This document shows positions 25,892 through 34,327 of a stretch of DNA of 36,390 bases, one piece after another. Positions within the stretch are counted from its first letter, which is position 1; each line of letters begins with the position of its first letter. Both the position numbers and the translations under genes were made by a program. Origin of the DNA: Bigelowiella natans CCMP2755 (taxonomy: Eukaryota; Protista; Cercozoa); the NCBI GenBank assembly GCA_000320545.1, contig ADNK01000893.1, positions 1-36,390 of the forward strand, written 5' to 3'. The notes beneath the pieces are model-generated. The model was not told the origin of the DNA, ran no database searches, and saw nothing but the letters and a program-made list of their open reading frames with translations.

Positions 25892-28800
25892 ATGTCACAG
25901 CAGCTAGAAGAACAGCAGGACTTTGGCTCGCAGGCCGTGCAAGGGCACGAGCAGAAACAGGAAAGGAAGGGCGATACGGACGCTAAGGAAGGAGGAGGAA
26001 CACCTCCACAGGCACCGCCGGGACCAGCACCCGGGATTAAGAAAGCAGATGCAGCAGCAGAGGCACTGGAGAACTTCTACGAGGCGGACGACGAGGACGT
26101 GGCCGCCGAAAGCAAGAAGGTCGTAATGGCATTACGAGCCTTGCGACCCAGGGCGAGCAACTACGCCAAACTGAAAGTATCGATAGAATACAAGTATCAG
26201 ACACATGATGTTTGGGCAGCTATCATGCAGGACATCATGGATTACGAAGCAGACTTACCTCCAGAGTGGGCAGCTTTGTTTAGGAACGACGGGGGTCTGG
26301 GCGCCTCGCGGGGGACGACCCAGAGCACCGTCAAGCAGCAGCAGCCGGTACAGCGGAACACCCAGTTCATGTCTGTTAAAACAGCACCGGTTATGATAAC
26401 GAAATACAACGGGAAAAGAGGTGAGGCAAGGAGGTGGTGGAAGAACGCTAGGAGTATACTCTGCGACTTTACCCCTAACCCCACCGAAAACGACAAGCTC
26501 AAATGGCTAGCTATAATAAAGCAAGCCATGGACCTTTACGAGACAGGCAGGACCCGGATCAGGCAGCTAGAGAAAATACACACTACAGTTAGTGGGCTAC
26601 GAGACGTTGAGGCGATAATGAAGGCTTTTGTAAATGAACAGGATGCTAACTCCCTACCCCAGGCTATTAGAAAATACAGAGCAATGATGCAGCATGAGAG
26701 AGAACCTGTTAGAGACTTTGCCACGCGCTTCCAGGATATGATCGACGAACTACATGATTTTAATTACAACACAGGTGATGATCAGGCAAGGTTTGAAGAG
26801 TTCAAGTTAAAGATAAAGGAATCCACTTACGTTACGGAGAAAGGCTACACCACGATGGAGGCAGCAGTGCAGGCTATATCCCTACGCGAGCAGGAGCAGG
26901 ACCGCAAGTTTACCAGCCCTAAGGTACCTGGCATAGGAAACATTAACGCTATTAAGCCGCAGCGAGACTGGTACAAGGACAGGGAAGGTAACCGACGTTG
27001 CGGATACTGCTCACGTAAAGGGAAACACACCGCTAAAGACTGCAGAGACAGGAAAGAAGGACGACCCAGGATGACGATCAGGCAGCTCAACGAACACTAC
27101 GAGAAGTTAAAGAGAAAGAAAGGCAGAGGACAAGGATATAACAACAGCAAATGGCAAGGCAGCAACAACGGGAAGAACAATAAATATAAGAACAAAAAGC
27201 AGAACAGTATCAATGCTATACAGCAGCAGATAAACGGAATATTAGATCACCTTAAGCAGGCGCCGACGAAGACAGCAGTACCAGCAACGCAGGACCAAGA
27301 CAAGCCCATGACCCTAGACGACATAAAGAACTTAGGAGTATGCAACATTAATGACGAAGACGCTAACAGGACTATCAAAGTTGCTATGACCAAGGTTAAA
27401 GTTAAAGACAGCTACGGAGACTACAAGAAACTACCTGCCCTTTGGGATAGTGGCAGCATGCCGAAGTCCTTCATAAGCCTAAGCACAGTAAGAAGGTTAG
27501 GACTATTGGATCAAGTGACTAAGAAAGAACGTAAATATGCTCAAGCAGACGGAAGCTCTTCCATGAAGACCGTCGGTGAGCTAATGCTAAAGCTACAGAT
27601 ACCTGGCAGCGACGCGGAGACCCAAATCAAGACCCGAGTAGCCATGACTTTATCCATGGAACTACTCCTCGGACAGGATGCCCTAGAAAAATTAGGGGGG
27701 ATCATATCATTCTACAATCACAAGATATACTTTGCTAAGTTGCCAAAGAAGTCAGGCAGGACCATCAGCCAGAACATGATACGGCTTGACGAGTGGACCT
27801 CTGAGTCAAGCGTTAATGCGTTAGAGTTTATGGACCTAGCGGACAACAAGCTACCTACACCTACCGAGCTACGGAAGAAGAACCCCGGCAAGACCATCCG
27901 ACAGATAACGGAGCTACTGGACAAGACCCCCCCAGCTGATGATTGGGATATCGACAAAGGCAAAAAGTACATTAATAAAATATTAAACGAGAAGTACTCT
28001 GACATCACCAAGCCGACGACGAAGCCCTCCAGCAAGCTTACCCCAGTAAAGATCGAGCTAAAGAAGGGATACGAAGAGTGCATCATCAATGACCCAGAAC
28101 ATAGGCGACCGGAAGCGGACTGGGAAAAGATAGAGTGGCAGATCAATGAATGGGCAAAGGAAGGGAAGATAGAGCCAAGCAACTCACCATGGAACGTGAG
28201 ACATGTGCTAGCTAAGAAACCTACTTACCCTTTCTTCCGCCTGGCGCACAACTTCATCCGCCACAACCGAGTAATAAAGAGGATCCAGACACCTACACCA
28301 AGGATAGATGACGTTATTGAACACGTCATAGGATACAAATACTACTCTTCCCTAGATAAAAATGAATCATACATGCAGACACCCATCCACAAAACCTCCC
28401 GCCCCATTACCGCGTTCTCCAGCAGGCACAGGAAGTGGCACTTCGTCGTATTCCCTTACGGCCTAAGCATATCAGGGGATGCGTTCAGTAGTCAGAACTA
28501 CAGGGCATACACACATGATGGGATGGCGTCTGTGTTGTGGGTGTTTGTGTTTGTGTATGTGGATGATGACATAATATGTACCAACACAGTCGTCGCTCAG
28601 ATCTTCCTCCTGGAAAATATATTTATTAGGTTTGCACACTTCGGTTTTACTATTAGACTGCAGAAGTGTACATTCCTAGCTACAAGAATCAAGTGGTGTG
28701 GATATTACCTGGAGCAAGGCCGCATCACCCCAAACCCCGAGAAAGTAGCAGCACTACAGCAAGCCCCTAAACCTAAGAATGCAAAGGAGTTAAAGTCATT

Positions 28801-30865
28801 CTTGCAGACTGCAGCTTGGATACTACGTAGGTTCTCCCCTACCTACGCTAGGACTGCAGCTGCTTTTACTACTGCTTACCGGAAGGAGAACTCTGTAGGC
28901 CTCAGCTTCGCTAAGGTGTGGGCCAAGGCTGGCCTTGATGCCCACTTCGATAACCTAATAAAGTTATGCAGCAACACCCTATTGAATGCTAAGCTAGACA
29001 CTACTAGACCAGCTACCCTATGGACAGACTGGTCTAAGCTAGGTATGGCTGCTGTACTTACCCAAGACCAGCAGATCATACGGGTGTGGGGCAGGGCCTG
29101 CACAGCAGCTGAGGCCAAGTACAGCCCTACAAAAGGAGAGTATAAAGCCATGACTGAGGCGCAGAGGAAACTAAGATACTACCTGCTGTCGGTGCCCAGC
29201 TTCACCTTAATGACTGACCACAAGCCCCTCCTAGGCATCGACCGCAAGCTCGAAGCGCCTAACGATGAGTATGCAGCTATGAGGGCGGACACGGAAGAGT
29301 TTAGGGACAAGAGGACAGTGGTCTACGCACCAGGAGACAAGCAGCTTGCTGACTATTTCAGCAGGCTGTTCGAAAAGAAAGTCCCTACCCAGGTCACCCC
29401 TATGGTTAACGCGATTACCTTCGAGGACGGCGACTTCCTGCCTGAGCCAGAGGAGCTCCGGCACCTTCAAGAACACCTGGATAAATACAAACACAAGCAT
29501 GAGGTACTTAGTGATAGGATATATGTATACACTAATAATGTTAGGCGTACCTACGTGCCACGGCGGACCAGGGGAGCCCTTCTCTTTACCGCCCATGGAC
29601 CTGCACACGTAGGAGAAAACCATATCACTGCTCTACTCTACCATTACTACTGGCCCTACAAGCTAAAAGAGATAAGGACATACCTGCGTGGCTGCAGGTG
29701 CTCCAGCTTGAAGGCGGCAGGCGTCGCCACCAAGGAGTCCAGCAAGAGCCGTGCATCTAAGAAAATCAAAGCAAGGAACTTCTTAGATATCGTGCAAATT
29801 GATGTTTATAAGTACGATGGCTATCACTACCTTACCTTCGTTGATGTGGCCACTGGAAAGTGCTGGGTTAAAAAGATTATCAAGGTCAACGTTGCTAAGA
29901 AGAACAAAGGCTTATATAAGCAGAGGCTTACTAACTGCTACCGTACCTGGGAGTCTGAGCTCCAGGCTATCCCTGATGAAGTTAGCATAAACAAGATACC
30001 AAAGAAGTTACATGTGGATAATGAGACCTCTCTTCTACAGCTACCACACCCTAATATTGATGCCTCACCTGTATACTATGCCCAGTCCAACTCCAAGGTA
30101 GAGCGACTCCACCGCACCTTGGCCAACCTAAGCAGGATAAATAGCACCACACCAGACAAGATACAAGGGTTAGTAAACGACACCTTCACGTCTGGGGGAG
30201 GTATCAAGGATAAGGAGAGGGAAGAAGGCGACGACAACGACGACGATACCGAGAGCGAAGACGAGAAGGTCCCGTACGATGGCCGAGTTCTAAAGGAAGG
30301 ACAGTATGTTAGGGCCAAGGTAAATCTGAGATCGAGAAATAAACAAGACCCCTTCTGGGGTGGCGTTGCAAAGGTTACCGAGAGGAAGGGGAGGAAGCAG
30401 TACTACATCTATGATGGGAACAGGGTCACCTTGCGCCACATCAGTCACCTAAAGAATTATGATATCGGTGAGAAGCTCCTAAAGGATGTTAAAGTAAACC
30501 CTACTGTGTGGGAGCGAGCAATGCCTTGTTTAGGACCCCGACCTAAGTTCGATGTGGAATATGGAAACAATAAGGTCAGGGTGAACGACGATTGGCGCAT
30601 GAAGATTGTCTATCTAGGCTACCCTGGATTACGAAATATGGAGAGGGTAGCTATGAAAATAAAGGACGGAAAATATCAGCTACTCTACCTAGCTGTTCCC
30701 GACTTACCCTTTGAGCACTGGTATAAGGTCCTGGGGGACCTTGATGCAGAGGGCTGGTATGGACACGAACCTAAGGACGAAGGTGAGTTCTGGGTAAGCG
30801 ACAAAGGAGATAAGGTTAGAGAGGAATCTATTACCTGGTGGTTGGTGAAGTTCCGAAAGCGATGA
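25892..30865 (+). CDS. Gag-Pol polyprotein (1657 aa): Gag with zinc knuckle, aspartic protease, RT, RNase H, integrase, SH3-like domain, C-terminal Dam/MTase-like domain
   Basis: CGYCSRKGKHTAKDC (26999-27043); LWDSGS (D at 27446); IEPSNSPWN, YYSSLD, FPYGL, YVDD (28556-28567); TDWS, YSPTKGE, TDHKPL, ADYFSR; AHGPAH...CRC; QID/HVDNE/KVER (DDE); LKEGQYV...KQDPFWGG...RHISHLKNY (30290-30460). Confidence 0.96.
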   Translation: MSQQLEEQQDFGSQAVQGHEQKQERKGDTDAKEGGGTPPQAPPGPAPGIKKADAAAEALENFYEADDEDVAAESKKVVMALRALRPRASNYAKLKVSIEYKYQTHDVWAAIMQDIMDYEADLPPEWAALFRNDGGLGASRGTTQSTVKQQQPVQRNTQFMSVKTAPVMITKYNGKRGEARRWWKNARSILCDFTPNPTENDKLKWLAIIKQAMDLYETGRTRIRQLEKIHTTVSGLRDVEAIMKAFVNEQDANSLPQAIRKYRAMMQHEREPVRDFATRFQDMIDELHDFNYNTGDDQARFEEFKLKIKESTYVTEKGYTTMEAAVQAISLREQEQDRKFTSPKVPGIGNINAIKPQRDWYKDREGNRRCGYCSRKGKHTAKDCRDRKEGRPRMTIRQLNEHYEKLKRKKGRGQGYNNSKWQGSNNGKNNKYKNKKQNSINAIQQQINGILDHLKQAPTKTAVPATQDQDKPMTLDDIKNLGVCNINDEDANRTIKVAMTKVKVKDSYGDYKKLPALWDSGSMPKSFISLSTVRRLGLLDQVTKKERKYAQADGSSSMKTVGELMLKLQIPGSDAETQIKTRVAMTLSMELLLGQDALEKLGGIISFYNHKIYFAKLPKKSGRTISQNMIRLDEWTSESSVNALEFMDLADNKLPTPTELRKKNPGKTIRQITELLDKTPPADDWDIDKGKKYINKILNEKYSDITKPTTKPSSKLTPVKIELKKGYEECIINDPEHRRPEADWEKIEWQINEWAKEGKIEPSNSPWNVRHVLAKKPTYPFFRLAHNFIRHNRVIKRIQTPTPRIDDVIEHVIGYKYYSSLDKNESYMQTPIHKTSRPITAFSSRHRKWHFVVFPYGLSISGDAFSSQNYRAYTHDGMASVLWVFVFVYVDDDIICTNTVVAQIFLLENIFIRFAHFGFTIRLQKCTFLATRIKWCGYYLEQGRITPNPEKVAALQQAPKPKNAKELKSFLQTAAWILRRFSPTYARTAAAFTTAYRKENSVGLSFAKVWAKAGLDAHFDNLIKLCSNTLLNAKLDTTRPATLWTDWSKLGMAAVLTQDQQIIRVWGRACTAAEAKYSPTKGEYKAMTEAQRKLRYYLLSVPSFTLMTDHKPLLGIDRKLEAPNDEYAAMRADTEEFRDKRTVVYAPGDKQLADYFSRLFEKKVPTQVTPMVNAITFEDGDFLPEPEELRHLQEHLDKYKHKHEVLSDRIYVYTNNVRRTYVPRRTRGALLFTAHGPAHVGENHITALLYHYYWPYKLKEIRTYLRGCRCSSLKAAGVATKESSKSRASKKIKARNFLDIVQIDVYKYDGYHYLTFVDVATGKCWVKKIIKVNVAKKNKGLYKQRLTNCYRTWESELQAIPDEVSINKIPKKLHVDNETSLLQLPHPNIDASPVYYAQSNSKVERLHRTLANLSRINSTTPDKIQGLVNDTFTSGGGIKDKEREEGDDNDDDTESEDEKVPYDGRVLKEGQYVRAKVNLRSRNKQDPFWGGVAKVTERKGRKQYYIYDGNRVTLRHISHLKNYDIGEKLLKDVKVNPTVWERAMPCLGPRPKFDVEYGNNKVRVNDDWRMKIVYLGYPGLRNMERVAMKIKDGKYQLLYLAVPDLPFEHWYKVLGDLDAEGWYGHEPKDEGEFWVSDKGDKVREESITWWLVKFRKR

Positions 30866-30871
30866 AGGTCT

Positions 30872-30916
30872 AAGGGAATAAGGAAGGAAGGAAGGAGCAA
30901 CGTGACTTGGGGGAGG
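30872..30916 (+). promoter_or_regulatory. 3' polypurine tract (core GGGGGAGG at 30909-30916)
   Basis: Purine-rich run AAGGGAATAAGGAAGGAAGGAAGGAG, followed by GGGGGAGG directly abutting the TGT of the 3' LTR. Confidence 0.85.
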
Positions 30917-31242
30917 TGTAGCGCGTACCACTACGCGGGCACAAGTCACGTGCGACAACAAAGGGGTTGTCGCGGATATAGAATATAGATAACGTAGATA
31001 TTAATACAGCATAGGCACGTGGGTTCCGGCGGGACTCATGGCAGCACACCGGAAGTGTGCTGCCCCACGTGCGGCGGCATTCGCGAAAGCTTCGCGAATG
31101 ATTACGCAGTGCACGATTTAATAAAAATATAATCTTTAATAAAAATAAACACAACTCTTCAAAAGGAAGCAAACGTGCCTTTCCCCCCCCCTGCCTACTT
31201 GTGCACGTAGCGCCTCGGCCTGTGAACACCTTACGCGCAACA
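30917..31242 (+). repeat. 3' LTR (326 bp)
   Basis: Direct repeat of 25527-25852, preceded by the polypurine tract. Confidence 0.97.
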
Positions 31243-32327
31243 TGTTTGGCCCAAGGCAGAGTTGAAACTGCATCGTTGAACACAGCTGACACGCCAAGAA
31301 GTGCTGTTTGCACGTTGCACAGGGCCGGCAGCACATCCTGGGAACAGTCTAGCAACACTGGGAACATTCCAAGAACGTTGTCGATCTGAGTGCTAGCTTG
31401 CGCTGACTAGCTGGCTAGCTGGCAGTTGCTGAGTGGACACAACAACTGGATCCAGTGTCAGCACTCCAATTCTGCCACCACTGGACCATTGCCTGGATCG
31501 TGTCAGGTGATCTTTGCATGCGTGACAAGTGGAGTTTGATGAACACAACTCAAGTGTCCACTCTGCTAGTCTGCCATCATCGGATGTCTAGATGTGCATG
31601 CACGTGCGTGTGCTTGCTGCTGGCGGCCTGGACAAGTGCACTTTCGAGCCCCACTTTTCACGGCGCCATTGTTTCCCATGCCAGCATGCAAGCAAGCAAG
31701 CTAGCAATGATTGTGCGCTGAAGTGTGCATGAGCTCGCTCATTCTGTTCGAATGTTTTGAATGCATGGAGAACACCGTCGAGTGCAATGAACACTTTCCC
31801 CAAGCACCGTGGCGTTTGTGAAGGTTGCTAGGTTGTTTCAAGTTCCATCGCGGACAGAGCACACCTGGTATACTGGAGGGGGCTGATCGACATGCACGAT
31901 GGGCTGCATTGGTATCCGACAACATGTGTTCGCGGGAATCATGTTTCTCATCGCAACACGTGAACAATTGTGGACACATTGATGTGTGGACTTCTCAACA
32001 TTCTTTGTTGCATGTTCATTCTGTCACACTTTCATCTTCGACGTCTAGACATGGACGTGAAATGAATTTAATCGATGATGTGATCGAACATTGCTTTTGG
32101 AAAGATGAATGTGGCAAGAAAATGAGGAACGCCGACAGTTTTTCGCTACAACTTTTTCAACGTTTTTATATTTTTCTTAGCTCGCATGATGATGTTTTGC
32201 TGATATTTCACTTCAATTTGATGCATTTGCTCAAAATGAACATCATCAGTAGCGTCCGTGTAATAGCTTTTATTTTTGCTCTTTGTCGATGCATTTCATC
32301 TGAGATCTTGATTCCATTAGTTTCATT

Positions 32328-33052
32328 TCAGGTGTTGTTTGTTATTGGAGGACCATCCTTAGTTTTTAGCTGATCTCGTATCATTCCACTGAAATTGAAT
32401 ATTGTGAGCTCCTCCACACCAAAAAGTTTTTTCAGCTTTTGGTTGACGTTTATCTTGTGAGGTTCCCGCGAGTCATGCAAATTTTCAGCTTTCAGATAAC
32501 TCCAGACACGACGTATTGCCTCCGTCCGTGTAATTTTAAGATTTTTTGATTCATCGCCAAAAAATTCCTGAAGTTTGGGTCCTAGTTCTACTTCATCGTC
32601 ATCATCAGCTCCACGCTTTCGTTTGCGCGGCCTAAAAGGTCTACGCAGTGTTTGAACTTGCTGACTGGTTTCATTAGGGGCGGGAGAACTCATTTTCTGG
32701 ACTATTTTGGTAATTTCTTTGTTGATAAACTTTATTCTCGCCTTAAGAGAGACCCCCAGCGAGTCTTCCAGAAGTTTCACCACCTTCGTCAAACTCAATT
32801 TCTCTAAGTTGCCATTCGTTACAAGGTGATGTGTCTGAAAAGTATAGTGACGTTTCAACGAATGATCCTTGAGTTTGGGAGTGTTCGAAAAATGGAACAG
32901 CAAAGGATGAAAATAGTGCGAATGAAAAAGAGAAAGACGGATGAACGGACCAACTATAATCCTCACATTTTACGAAAACTTATGGATCATTCTGAAGTGA
33001 CCTCTGCATATAACGTATCATCATCAAGCCCCCCTGAGTCGGGCAGCTCCAT
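32328..33052 (-). CDS. DEK-C + SWIB/MDM2 domain protein (UAF30/Spp27/TRI1-like)
   Basis: Exon 33052-33002 (MELPDSGGLDDDTLYAE) splices GT-AG in phase 0 to 32834-32328. DEK-C: THHLVTNGNLEKLSLTKVVKLLEDSLGVSLKARIKFINKEI. SWIB: LGPKLQEFFG...ITRTEAIRRVWSYLKAENLHD...INVNQKLKKLFG...FSGMIRDQL. A further upstream micro-exon MAENG (33134-33120) is possible. Confidence 0.85.
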
Positions 33053-34327
33053 TATCTACTTAGTTCTCTGTTATCGCTCCTCTCTGTTACTAGTTTCTGT
33101 CACGCTTCTTTACTCATACGCCATTTTCTGCCATGAGAACTACGTCCAAAGAGCTACTGGTTTGTTAGATATATGCGGGTATCATTATTGACTAAATAAC
33201 TACCACCCGTAGAAAAATTTGTAGCGGATCTAGTTGAGATAGAGACAATGTATACTTTACGATAAAATGGTGATATATATTTGACCAACTAGTAAAAACA
33301 TAAGAAAGCCGATGCCGCTGAACAGTAAACATTGTTTTTATTGTTGCGAGGACGCTTGGATCAAATACCTTCAGAACATACCCTGCTGGAAAAATATCCA
33401 AATGTCTTGCATAGATCTAAAATTCGCGACATCAACTCACAAAACGAGTGAACGATGAAATATGAGCACGAAAAAAAAATAACTCTGCGAAATATCGGAA
33501 TACTTGGATTTGCCCACCACCCCTTTAGACGACATGATTCTATGATTGTCGCATTCAATTGTGCTCATGGATGAACACACGCGAGATTTGTATGCAGAGA
33601 AGGGCGATGTTCAGAATGAGCAGAATTCTTAAACCAAGCACTATTTTGGAAGGAATAAAAAATAAAGGTGAATACTGAGCCATTAGTCGCAAAAGGCCTT
33701 GACGTATAGACAAATTCAGGAGTAAAATACCTTTTAGGTGAGCGAATATATGCTGACATAGCCCAATGGCTTCGCATACCTCACGTAACGCCCTGATGAC
33801 GTATAATTGGGACATATGCAGCTGAAATATGTTGTCGCAATTCAAGATCACACTACATTTCTGTATTTCGATGTTAAATTTTGGGCAGCACTCGCCAATT
33901 CTGGAGCCAAGTTACGTACAACAACCGGGCCCTTGAAACCTCTATCGTCGAGGCGAACCCCCCCCCACAGCGTCAAAACGAAGAGACATTTGGGATTCAT
34001 GGTGTATATCGTAGAAATTCATTAATCACGGTGCGAAGGAGTTGCTCTTTCGAGAAATAAGGTAATCAAGCCGAAGTCTGGTGTCAATTTCATTCTCATT
34101 CATAAATTGGTTCGACACTCGATCAGGGCAGTTCCTACCTAAAAGGCTGCGACGCAGACCCTCTGGAATGTCCGGGTGGTCAAGGCGGCGCGGCGCCGCC
34201 TCGCTACCAGAATTTAAGCTCACCCAGCATAAACAGTAATAAACAAACAAGTTCATCGAATAGATAAAGAACAGCGAAGCGCTACATTCGAATGTTTGTG
34301 GATATTGATGAAATCACTAATGTACAG

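Larger units (their letters stand above)
25527..31242 (+). mobile_element. Full-length Ty3/gypsy LTR retrotransposon, apparently recent insertion
   Basis: Two 326-bp LTRs with TG...CA ends, a 4-bp TSD TGTT (25523-25526 and 31243-31246), PBS, PPT, and an uninterrupted 1657-aa ORF with domain order Gag-PR-RT-RH-IN. Confidence 0.97.

Noticed and set aside
31825-32373. 182-aa plus-strand ORF beside the retrotransposon as a possible env-like or extra gene
   Set aside because: It lies outside the 3' LTR, has no domain signature, is His/Cys-rich, and overlaps the SWIB gene end. Loss of TA removes TAA/TAG stops and inflates ORF length here.
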